A stretch of 64,000 nucleotides of DNA, taken from NCBI GenBank assembly GCA_963805945.1, contig CAWDVP010000004.1:32001-96000 (forward strand), written 5' to 3'. The DNA is from Vulcanimicrobiota bacterium (GTDB lineage Bacteria; Vulcanimicrobiota; Vulcanimicrobiia; Eremiobacterales; Eremiobacteraceae). Below the pieces are notes generated by a model. The model did not search any database. It had not been told where the DNA came from and saw nothing but the letters and a program-made list of their open reading frames with translations. Each line of letters opens with the position of its first letter. Position 1 is the first letter of the stretch. The position numbers and the translations under genes were made by a program. Shown here in pieces: positions 56,124 through 64,000 of the stretch.

Positions 56124-56607
56124 GTGTGACTCCTGGTGCGCGTTGCGAGTGCGTCGACGGTGAGCCGGAGGGGCTGCCGTCGCGAGAAGGTGCGTGTCGC
56201 ACGCCGTTGAGGGGTTCGAGCAGCACCGCGGTCGGCGAGCGCCACTGCGTCAGCGCGACGGTATTCGGGATCGGCGTGGTGTGCGGTTGCAGCCCGCGCA
56301 CGCCGAGGAACAACGCGATGCTTGCCGCGAGCGCCGCGCCGGCCGCGATCCACGACCGCTGCCGTCGTCGCGAACCCGGAGCGGCGAGACGGAAGCGCGC
56401 GGCGATGTCCTCCTGCAACCGTTCGGCGGGCTGCGCCCGGACGAGCGCGAGCACCGCAGCGTCCATGCGCTGCGCGAGCGCGCGCTGGCGTTCGAGTCGC
56501 GCGGTGCACGCGGCGCATTCGGCGAGATGCGCTGCGAGCGTCTCGCTGGGCTGCTCGCCGAGCGCGACCTCGGCGAGCGCGTCCTTCATCTCGTCGCAGT
56601 GATTCAT
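56113..56607 (-). CDS. Zinc-finger (HxxxCxxC) anti-sigma factor
   Basis: HLAECAAC, single TM segment, WRSPT. Confidence 0.8.
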   Translation of the reverse strand: MNHCDEMKDALAEVALGEQPSETLAAHLAECAACTARLERQRALAQRMDAAVLALVRAQPAERLQEDIAARFRLAAPGSRRRQRSWIAAGAALAASIALFLGVRGLQPHTTPIPNTVALTQWRSPTAVLLEPLNGVRHAPSRDGSPSGSPSTHSQRAPGVTHAS

Positions 56608-57101
56608 GACAGCACCTCCAGCAATCGTTTGCGCGCCAGATGCAGGCGAGAGCGGACGGTCCCTTCAGGGATCCCGAGCAGATCGCCGACGGCGCCCGAC
56701 GACATGCCCTCGACCGCGCACAAGAGCAGCACCTCGCGCAGTCGCTCGGGCAGACGGTCGATCTCAAGGCGCACCCGCGCTTGGAACTCGCGTTCCCCTG
56801 CCAGCGCTTCGACGTCGACGACCGCGCTCGCGTCGCCCGCCGCGAGCTCTTCGCGCCGGCGCGCGCGCACCTCCGTGCGCATGCGATTGAGCGCGAGCCG
56901 CCTGGCAATCTGGCACACCCACGCGCGGAAACGTTCCGGATCGCGCAGACCCGCGAGTTTCGCATACGCGCGGACGAAGGTGTCCTGCGTGACGTCTTCC
57001 GCGTCCGCCGCATTGCCGAGCACGCCGTATGCGATCTGATAGACCACGCGCTGATTCTCCCGCACGAGCAGTTCGAAATCGTCAAATGTGGAGGCTGTCA
57101 C
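56604..57101 (-). CDS. ECF sigma factor
   Basis: ADAEDVTQDTF, FRAW, LGIPEGTVRSRLHLARKRL. Confidence 0.92.
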   Translation of the reverse strand: MTASTFDDFELLVRENQRVVYQIAYGVLGNAADAEDVTQDTFVRAYAKLAGLRDPERFRAWVCQIARRLALNRMRTEVRARRREELAAGDASAVVDVEALAGEREFQARVRLEIDRLPERLREVLLLCAVEGMSSGAVGDLLGIPEGTVRSRLHLARKRLLEVLS

Positions 57102-57206
57102 GAATCACTCAGCAAGCAGACACCACCGCGGGGACATCCGTTCACCAAGGGCGCGGCCGCCGCAGTCCAAGAAGGCGCGCCCGCCTGCCCATCGAACGCA
57201 CCGACG

Positions 57207-57761
57207 ATGAGCATCACACGATTTCATCTCACCGTCGCTTCGGTCGCGCTGTGCGCGCTGCTGAGCCAGCAGGCTGTCGCCGGACCGGTCCCGGCGGGGA
57301 CGGGCAAGACCATGTGCTCTGCCCTGAACACGTCCGATTTTACATCCGTGGGGATACAAGGCACGACAGGCCCGCGAGCAGACGTGATCCATCCGACCGC
57401 CGCCTACTGCGTCTATGCCGGGAACTCCGGCATGAGCGGCGGCATCGAATTCGACGTGTACTACCCCGCTGGGGCGACGCCGGCGGCGGTGAAGAGCCAC
57501 GAGCACACGTTGATGATGGAGGCCGGCGGCAGCGTCGGTGAAGGAGCGTACTCGACCATCTCTATGCCGGGAGTCGACGCGGCGCACCTTGGCACAAATA
57601 TGCGCACCGGCAAGGCGCCGTTCGACAGCCTCGTGGTGCGCAAGGGCAACCTCATCATCATCATCACGATCCCGGCCACCGCGCACGCGCCGGTTCAGCT
57701 CAAAAAACTCGCGACGATCGCCTTGGGGCGCTTCGCGACGGTAGTATCGTTCGAGCGCTAG
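57207..57761 (+). CDS. Secreted hypothetical protein
   Basis: Signal peptide ending AVA; Cys pair; preceded by promoter motif. Confidence 0.6.
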   Translation: MSITRFHLTVASVALCALLSQQAVAGPVPAGTGKTMCSALNTSDFTSVGIQGTTGPRADVIHPTAAYCVYAGNSGMSGGIEFDVYYPAGATPAAVKSHEHTLMMEAGGSVGEGAYSTISMPGVDAAHLGTNMRTGKAPFDSLVVRKGNLIIIITIPATAHAPVQLKKLATIALGRFATVVSFER

Positions 57762-59026
57762 TCCACGCAGCGGAACTTCGCGTAGACGTACGGATAGTTC
57801 GGTCTGAACCAGTTGCGCAAGCTGCGCCGAATGAGCTCACGCGCGGTGACCGGCGATGCGCCCTTCATGACGTAATGCTTGCCGTCGAAGAAGTCGGCTG
57901 AGTACGGCGGATAGGTCGCCATCGGCGTGAAACCGGGCAGCGGCGCGAAGACGCTTGACGTCCACTCCCAACCGTTGCCTACCAGATCGTGCACGCCCCA
58001 CGCGCTCGCGGCCGCCGGGTGAGAGCCGGCCGGCACCGGATCGTAGCTCTCGAAGCCGAAATTCCCGTGCGTGCTGTCCGGCGCCGCATCGCCCCACGGA
58101 TGCTGGCGTTCCTCGCCGCCCGGCGTGCCGTACGCCGCGCGGTGGAATTCCGCCTCGGTCGGCAGACGCCGGCCGTGGCATGCGGCATACGCGGTCGCCT
58201 GTTCTTGCGTCACGTAGACGGGCCACGCGAGCGGCAGCGGGATCTCGTCGAACGCTGCGATCTGATACCACGCGCCGTCGCGGCGAACCCAGAACGGCGC
58301 CGCCTCGCCGCCGGACTCGACGAATTTGAGCCAATCCGCATTGGTGACGCTGTGGGCGTCGATCTCGAAGGCCGGCACGTCGACACGTGTCTCCTCGAAC
58401 TCGTTATCCCAACCGAACTCGACGTCTTGAGAACGGGCGCCGAGCGTCGCCTGCCCGGCCGCGATCTTCGCGCGCTTCTTTTCTGGCACGGCTCCGTCGC
58501 GCGGCGGCTTCGCGCCTGCGGGCCGCCGCTTGTCGGTGAGCGGCAGGCGATGCAACATGTATAAGAACGTCTCGTGATGCATCGGCTCGTGCTCGAGGAT
58601 GGTGTGCGCGGCCTGGCGCGACAGCGCGGACGCATCGGCGCCCTGTCGCTCGATATCCTCGAGGGCCGCGATCACCGCGGCATCCCAGCGCGCGCCCATC
58701 GCTTGCACCACGTCGCGCGACGGCCACTCCGGCGGCGCCGAGGTGTTGGCGGCAGCGACGTCATCGGGATCGATGCCGCGCTGGAAGAGCTTCTCCAGTG
58801 TGTCGTCGAGCGCCGGCTGCCCGAGCGCGAAGCGGTTGAGCGTGATGTAGCTGAACGCGGGGATGTGGCCCTCGTAGAATTCTATCGGGTGGCGCAGCGG
58901 GATCGGGCGCGCGAGATACGCGTCCGGCACCGGGATCTCGAAGAGCCCTGCCGAGATGCCGCGGTTGCGGCGATACCAATCGCTGAGCTTTGTGCCGACG
59001 CTGGGGCGTACATCTATCCGAGCCAT
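57758..59026 (-). CDS. egtB: EgtB/OvoA-like non-heme iron sulfoxide synthase (DinB plus FGE-sulfatase domains)
   Basis: RPIPLRHPIEFYEGH, HEPMHHE metal motif, FGWDNE, RLPTEAE, GNGWEWT. Confidence 0.8.
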   Translation of the reverse strand: MARIDVRPSVGTKLSDWYRRNRGISAGLFEIPVPDAYLARPIPLRHPIEFYEGHIPAFSYITLNRFALGQPALDDTLEKLFQRGIDPDDVAAANTSAPPEWPSRDVVQAMGARWDAAVIAALEDIERQGADASALSRQAAHTILEHEPMHHETFLYMLHRLPLTDKRRPAGAKPPRDGAVPEKKRAKIAAGQATLGARSQDVEFGWDNEFEETRVDVPAFEIDAHSVTNADWLKFVESGGEAAPFWVRRDGAWYQIAAFDEIPLPLAWPVYVTQEQATAYAACHGRRLPTEAEFHRAAYGTPGGEERQHPWGDAAPDSTHGNFGFESYDPVPAGSHPAAASAWGVHDLVGNGWEWTSSVFAPLPGFTPMATYPPYSADFFDGKHYVMKGASPVTARELIRRSLRNWFRPNYPYVYAKFRCVD

Positions 59027-59102
59027 GCTGGAGCCTTCCGTTCCTTCTGGGTGTGGGGAGAAGTGGCGATTCGGCGCTCGAAGTAGGGCGCCTTTCTGGC
59101 AA

Positions 59103-59161
59103 GGGCCGACCTAAAGGTCGGCCCCTACATCGCGGGCCGTCTTGAAGGTCGGCCCCTACAT
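59103..59161 (-). repeat. Direct tandem pair of REP family 1 copies
   Basis: GGGCCGACCTAAAGGTCGGCCCCTACAT, then GGGCCGTCTTGAAGGTCGGCCCCTACAT. Confidence 0.85.
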
Positions 59162-59172
59162 CGGCTGGCCCG

Positions 59173-60405
59173 CTATGCGGCCTTGAACACGAGCGCCGCG
59201 TTGAGGCCGCCGAAGCCGAAACTATTCGAGAGCACCACGCGCTGGCGCAGTTGCGTCGGCACGTCCGGCGAGTACCGCAGATCGCAACCCGGCGCCGGCG
59301 TCTCGAGATTGATGGTCGGCACGACCATGCTTTCTTTGAGTCCCATGGCGCACAGCGCCGCTTCGACCGAACCCGTCGCGCCGAGCGCGTGGCCTGTCAT
59401 ACCTTTCGTGCCGGATACCATTATGCGGTCGGCGTCCGCGCCGAACACCTCGCGGATCGCGCGGCTCTCCGTCGGGTCGTTGAGCGGCGTCGACGACCCG
59501 TGCGTGTTGATGTGGTCGACCTCGCCTGCCGACACGCCGGCGTCAGCCATGGCGAGCGTCATCGCGCGTTTGGCTTCGCGGCCGTCCGCGCGCGGTGAGG
59601 CCATGTTGTCGCCGTCGTTGGTGAGCGCGTAGCCGGACAGCTCCGCATACGGCACCGCGCCGCGCGCGATGACGTCCTCTTCGCGCTCGAGCAGCAGCAG
59701 CGCCGACGCCTCCGACATGACGAAGCCGTCGCGGCCCTCGTCGAACGGCCTGCTCGCGGTCGCCGGATCGCCGTTGCGCTGCGACATCGACTTGATGACG
59801 TCGAACGCGCCGAAGATGAGCGGCGTGAGCGGGATCTCGACGCCGCCGGCGAGCGCGCGGCGCACGTAGCCGGAACGCACGGCGCGTAGCGCGTCACCCA
59901 ACGCGACAGCGCCGGCCGCGCACGAATTCGAATTCGAGACCGTGGGACCGTGGATGCCGAAGTGGATGGCGATGTTGCAGCATGCGGCGGCGGGGAAGAC
60001 CGACAGCGCGAGCAACGGGTGCACCGCCTTGATGCCGCGCGTGATGAAGTTACGGTTCTGCTCTTCGCCGTAGGCCGCGCCGCCGAGCGCACTGCCGACC
60101 CACACGCCGAAGTCGCCGTCATCGCCGCTCGGCGTGTAGCCGGCGTCTTCGAACGCGAGGCGCGCGGTCGCGATCGAGAACTGCGCGAAGCGCTCGGAGC
60201 GCTGCAGTGCGCGGCGGTCGAGGAACGCCGCTGGATCGAAATCGTCCACCTGGCCGCCGACCTTGCTGCGGAACGGCGTCGTGTCGAAGCGGTCGAGCGC
60301 CCGCACGCCGCGTCTGCCCTCCAGCGCACCGCGCCACAGACCCGCACGGCCGATGCCGATCGGGGTGATTGCGCCGATGCCGGTGATGAAGACGCGATGG
60401 TTCAC
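59173..60405 (-). CDS. Beta-ketoacyl-ACP synthase (FabF / type II KS-like)
   Basis: VFITGIG, SNSCAAG, SRPFD.GRDGFV, HINTHGSST, KGMTGH, SNSFGFGG. Confidence 0.92.
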   Translation of the reverse strand: MNHRVFITGIGAITPIGIGRAGLWRGALEGRRGVRALDRFDTTPFRSKVGGQVDDFDPAAFLDRRALQRSERFAQFSIATARLAFEDAGYTPSGDDGDFGVWVGSALGGAAYGEEQNRNFITRGIKAVHPLLALSVFPAAACCNIAIHFGIHGPTVSNSNSCAAGAVALGDALRAVRSGYVRRALAGGVEIPLTPLIFGAFDVIKSMSQRNGDPATASRPFDEGRDGFVMSEASALLLLEREEDVIARGAVPYAELSGYALTNDGDNMASPRADGREAKRAMTLAMADAGVSAGEVDHINTHGSSTPLNDPTESRAIREVFGADADRIMVSGTKGMTGHALGATGSVEAALCAMGLKESMVVPTINLETPAPGCDLRYSPDVPTQLRQRVVLSNSFGFGGLNAALVFKAA

Positions 60406-60848
60406 GAGGCCGCCTCCGCTAGCTCTTTCATGCGCGCGAGCGTCTTGCCCGCGATGCTTTGGATGAAGAAATCGCCGATGATGCGCCTGCCGACCCACGG
60501 CCCGATGAGCGGGATGCGCCGGAAGTCGAGATGGTGCTCGATGGTCACGCGCGTGCCGCCTTCTACGGGCGCGAAGGTCCATGCCACCTGCATGCCGGCC
60601 GTCCAGCCCGACAAGTGCGTGAACTCGATGCGCGGCGCGTCCGGATCGAGACGCTCGACGGTCTCCCAGCGCACCGGGATCCAGCCGCGGCGCGCCGCCA
60701 TGATCGCGGTGCGTTCGTGCGGGCCGTCCTTGAGGATGTGCACGAAGCGGTAATGCGGCAACAGCGCGGGCCAGCGGCCGATGTCCTGCGCCAACTCGTA
60801 GATCGCCTGTGCCGGGGCCGCGATGTCGATCGACCGCTGTGCGTGCAT
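60402..60848 (-). CDS. SRPBCC / polyketide cyclase-aromatase-like protein
   Basis: IDIAAP...IY.LAQDI.RWPALLPHY, GM...W.F, IAGKTL. Confidence 0.8.
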   Translation of the reverse strand: MHAQRSIDIAAPAQAIYELAQDIGRWPALLPHYRFVHILKDGPHERTAIMAARRGWIPVRWETVERLDPDAPRIEFTHLSGWTAGMQVAWTFAPVEGGTRVTIEHHLDFRRIPLIGPWVGRRIIGDFFIQSIAGKTLARMKELAEAAS

Positions 60849-62005
60849 CACGCGAGCAGGTTCCACAGCAGCTTCGGAGTGAGGCCGCCGCCCATCGTGC
60901 CGACGACCGCGGCGAGCAGTTCGTCCGCGAGTTCCGGACGGCGTGCGATGCCGCGCGCAGCGCGCCGGCGCAGCCAGCGCGTGCGCAGCAGCGCGTCGAC
61001 CGCGCGCGACGTCCGTCGCACGCGGGCGATCGCCGCGGCGCGCTGCGTCGAGTACCGATCCGCGACCGCGCGCGACAGCGCGCCAGCAGCAAGCGCCTGC
61101 GCGGCATCCGCCGCGTACGTCGACAGGCCGATGGCCATAGCGATACCTTGTCCGAGGAACGGGTCGAGCAGTTCCGCGGCGTCACCGGTGAGGACGACGC
61201 GCCCCTCGGTGATAGAACGAGCGCGGTAGCGCAATGGACCGACGCTGACCCGGCGTGTCAGCAGCGCGGACTCGAAGCGGCATGCGCCGTCGCTCAAGCG
61301 CGAGACGACCTCGTCGGCCTCATCTTCGAGCACCGGCCGCGGCATCACGAGCATCGCATTGGTCATGCCGTTCCCCAACGGGTTGCGCGCATAGTAGCCC
61401 TCCGGGCCTACGTACATCATTACCTCATCGCCGTCCGAAGGTGTCGCCAGATGTCCGCCGACCGCCCAGCGGCCGCCGCGCGGACGCGCGCCGCCGGCCA
61501 TGCCGCAGCGCTGCGCCACGGCCGACCATGCGCCGTCGGCGCCGATGAGCACGTGCGCGACTATCTGATGTACGTCCCCCGCGCCGTCGCGGTACTCGAC
61601 GCGCACGTCGTCCGCACCGCGCCGTGCATCCACGAAGGTACCGTGCACGAGCGTCGCGCCTGCGCTCACCGCAAGCTCCGCGAGCAGCGAGTCGAAACGC
61701 TCGCGCGCGATCGCTAGACCGCCGCGACCCGGCAGTCGCATGTGCACCGGATCGAGCCCGAAGCCGCCGATGCGCAGGCTGCGCAACGGGTGCGCCGACA
61801 CTTCAACGGCGTCAAGCACGCCAAGCCGATCGAGCGCATCGAGCGTCGACGGGCTCAGGTATTCTCCGCACACCTTGGTGCGCGGCAGCCGCGCGCGTTC
61901 CACGATCACCGTCGAGAGCCCGCGCCGCGCGAGCTGCAGCGCGACGCTCGCGCCGGCCGGGCCGGCGCCGACCACCACGACATCGCGAGCGAACGCCGGC
62001 GTCAC
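60848..62005 (-). CDS. FAD-dependent oxidoreductase (geranylgeranyl reductase-like)
   Basis: VVGAGPAG, KVCGEYL, R..FD..L, GADG..S, GDAA..LDPFLGQGI. Confidence 0.88.
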   Translation of the reverse strand: MTPAFARDVVVVGAGPAGASVALQLARRGLSTVIVERARLPRTKVCGEYLSPSTLDALDRLGVLDAVEVSAHPLRSLRIGGFGLDPVHMRLPGRGGLAIARERFDSLLAELAVSAGATLVHGTFVDARRGADDVRVEYRDGAGDVHQIVAHVLIGADGAWSAVAQRCGMAGGARPRGGRWAVGGHLATPSDGDEVMMYVGPEGYYARNPLGNGMTNAMLVMPRPVLEDEADEVVSRLSDGACRFESALLTRRVSVGPLRYRARSITEGRVVLTGDAAELLDPFLGQGIAMAIGLSTYAADAAQALAAGALSRAVADRYSTQRAAAIARVRRTSRAVDALLRTRWLRRRAARGIARRPELADELLAAVVGTMGGGLTPKLLWNLLA

Positions 62006-62023
62006 CGGCCATATCGGATGCTC

Positions 62024-62557
62024 CTAGCGAACGGCTCGTCGCGCCACGCTCTCTCGCGCGCGCCAACCCACCAGCGGCGCGAGATAGCCCGCGATCCAGA
62101 AGAGCAGCGCGAACAGCACGAGACCGCCGACGATCAGCCCGCCGGTCACCGCGGTGACCGACCCGATGGTGCGCACCACCATCGGATTCCATTCCGATCC
62201 GTCGCCGGTCGCGAGATCGAGCAGCGCGAAGACGCGGTACGGCCGCAGGTCGGAGAGCGTCGGCTGCACGTTGACCTTCACGTCGGTCGTGCCTGCGACC
62301 GGCGTGAGCGCGTAGGGCGGCAGTCCGTTGCCGTTGGCGGTGAACGGCTGCATCGAGAAGTAGCCGACCACGAGCGCCTGACCGCGAGAGACGTTCTGTG
62401 CCTGCGCGACCGATTGCAGCGAACGCGGCAGCGGCACGACGGCCGCCACGCCCATGAGCCAGTAGAGCGCGATGAGCGCGGCGAGCAGCCCGAACGTCAG
62501 CGCGATCCGCGGCCCCATCGGTACGGCGCTCGTGGGCGCTCCCGTTCTGCTAGCCAA
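62024..62557 (-). CDS. Hypothetical membrane protein
   Basis: N- and C-terminal hydrophobic segments; overlaps the P5C dehydrogenase stop. Confidence 0.55.
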   Translation of the reverse strand: MASRTGAPTSAVPMGPRIALTFGLLAALIALYWLMGVAAVVPLPRSLQSVAQAQNVSRGQALVVGYFSMQPFTANGNGLPPYALTPVAGTTDVKVNVQPTLSDLRPYRVFALLDLATGDGSEWNPMVVRTIGSVTAVTGGLIVGGLVLFALLFWIAGYLAPLVGWRARESVARRAVR

Positions 62558-64000
62558 TCTTCTCGCTCACCGTCTTCGCCTGCATGAAGAGCAGCAGATA
62601 GTCCGGGCCGCCGGCCTTCGAATCCGTGCCCGACATGTTGAAGCCGCCGAACGGATGGGCGCCGACGAACGCGCCCGTGCACTTGCGGTTGAAGTACAGA
62701 TTGCCGACGTGGAACTCGTCGCGCGCTTGCGCCAGCTTCTTCGGATCCTTCGAGTACACCGCGCCGGTGAGCCCGAACTCCGTGTTGTTGGCGATGCGCA
62801 GCGCGTCGTCGTAGTCCTTGGCCTTGATGACCGCGAGCACCGGGCCGAAGATCTCTTCCTGCGCGATCACCGCGTCGGGCTTCACATCGGCGATGACGGT
62901 CGGCTCGACGAAGTAGCCGCTGCCGGGCCCTCGTCCGCCGCCGGCGACGAGTCGGCCCTCTTTCGCGCCTTGGTCGACATAGGCTTTGATCTTCTTCAAC
63001 GACGCCTCGTTGACGACCGGCCCCATGAAGTTGGCGGGATCGGCGGGATCGCCGACCGTGATCTTCTTGACGCGCTCGGTGAGGCGCTCGACGAATTCAT
63101 CGTAGAGCGGCTGCTCGACGATCGCGCGCGAGCATGCCGAGCATTTCTGGCCTTGGAAGCCGAACGCGGAGAGCGCCACGCCTTCGACAGCGGCGTCGAG
63201 GTCGGCGTCGGCGGCGACGACGATGGAGTCCTTGCCGCCCATCTCGGCGACGACGCGCTTGATCCAGATCTGTCCGGGATGCGGCGCGGCCGCGAGCTGG
63301 TTGACGCGCAAGCCCACTTCTTTGCTGCCGGTGAACGAGATGAAGCGGACGCGCGGGTGCTCGACGAGCATGTCGCCGATGACGCTGCCCGAGCCGGCGA
63401 CGAAGTTGACGACGCCGGGCGGCATGCCGCACTGCTCGAGCAGCTCGACGAACTTATAGGCGATCACCGGCGAGTCGCTCGACGGCTTCAGCACCACGGT
63501 GTTGCCGGCGACGATCGCGGCCGACGTCATGCCGGCCATGATCGCGAAGGCGAAATTCCACGGCGGGATGACGACGCCGACGCCGAGCGGGATGTAGATC
63601 ATGGCGTTCTTCTCGCCGGGCATCGGCGTGAGCGGCTGCGGACCCGCGAAGCGCAGCATCTCGCGCGCGTAATACTCGAGGAAGTCGATGCCCTCGGCGA
63701 TGTCGCCGTCGGCTTCGGGCCAGCTCTTGCCGACTTCGAGCACGAGCAGCGCGTCGAACTCGAAGCGCCGGCGCCGCACTTCGGCGGCCGCTTTGAAGAG
63801 CAGGTCGGCGCGCTTCTCCGGCGCGGTCTTCGACCAGCCGATGAACGCTTGTTCCGCTGCTGCCACCGCCTCCTTGGCCTGCTGCTGCGTCGCTTGCGCG
63901 ACCACGCCGATCACCTCGTCGGGCTTCGACGGGTTGCGCGATGGCGTCGTCCCCGAACCGGCGACCCGCAGGCCGTTGATGATGAGCGGATACGAGGTGC
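62550..64000 (-). CDS. pruA: 1-pyrroline-5-carboxylate dehydrogenase, 5' truncated by window edge
   Basis: PPWNF, FTGS, AEMGGKD, FGFQGQKCSACSR, EEIFGP, GTDSKAGGPDYL (RocA type). Confidence 0.93.
   Translation of the reverse strand, partial: TSYPLIINGLRVAGSGTTPSRNPSKPDEVIGVVAQATQQQAKEAVAAAEQAFIGWSKTAPEKRADLLFKAAAEVRRRRFEFDALLVLEVGKSWPEADGDIAEGIDFLEYYAREMLRFAGPQPLTPMPGEKNAMIYIPLGVGVVIPPWNFAFAIMAGMTSAAIVAGNTVVLKPSSDSPVIAYKFVELLEQCGMPPGVVNFVAGSGSVIGDMLVEHPRVRFISFTGSKEVGLRVNQLAAAPHPGQIWIKRVVAEMGGKDSIVVAADADLDAAVEGVALSAFGFQGQKCSACSRAIVEQPLYDEFVERLTERVKKITVGDPADPANFMGPVVNEASLKKIKAYVDQGAKEGRLVAGGGRGPGSGYFVEPTVIADVKPDAVIAQEEIFGPVLAVIKAKDYDDALRIANNTEFGLTGAVYSKDPKKLAQARDEFHVGNLYFNRKCTGAFVGAHPFGGFNMSGTDSKAGGPDYLLLFMQAKTVSEKIG

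Overview
High-GC, gene-dense bacterial chromosomal segment. Gene content looks Terrabacteria-like, with diderm hints, and is most consistent with Ca. Eremiobacterota/Vulcanimicrobiota (inference, not tested). Roughly half of the longer genes carry single-base frameshifts, which look like long-read assembly errors rather than pseudogenes, so CDS coordinates below join the fragments. Content is mostly housekeeping: a branched-chain keto-acid dehydrogenase operon, malic enzyme, EF-G paralog, M1 aminopeptidase, queE/queD, rpoZ, tryptophanase, NDH-2, SWIM-SNF2 helicase, citrate synthase, aconitase, isocitrate dehydrogenase, tRNA-Leu(GAG), two ECF/anti-sigma modules, an EgtB-like enzyme, a KS/cyclase/FAD trio and P5C dehydrogenase. 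No transposase, integrase, CRISPR array or rRNA was seen. The most notable signals are non-coding: (1) an unassigned ~250-nt structured RNA with its own sigma-70-type promoter and terminal hairpin (about 814-1067), preceded by DnaA-box-like 9-mers; (2) a recurrent sigma-H-like promoter, AGG-N17/18-CGAA, before about 15 genes including TCA-cycle genes, often only 10-13 nt from the start codon; (3) two GTAG-type REP hairpin families, one with compensatory stem changes; (4) a symmetric pair of divergent CATCC-N16-CGTT ECF promoters.
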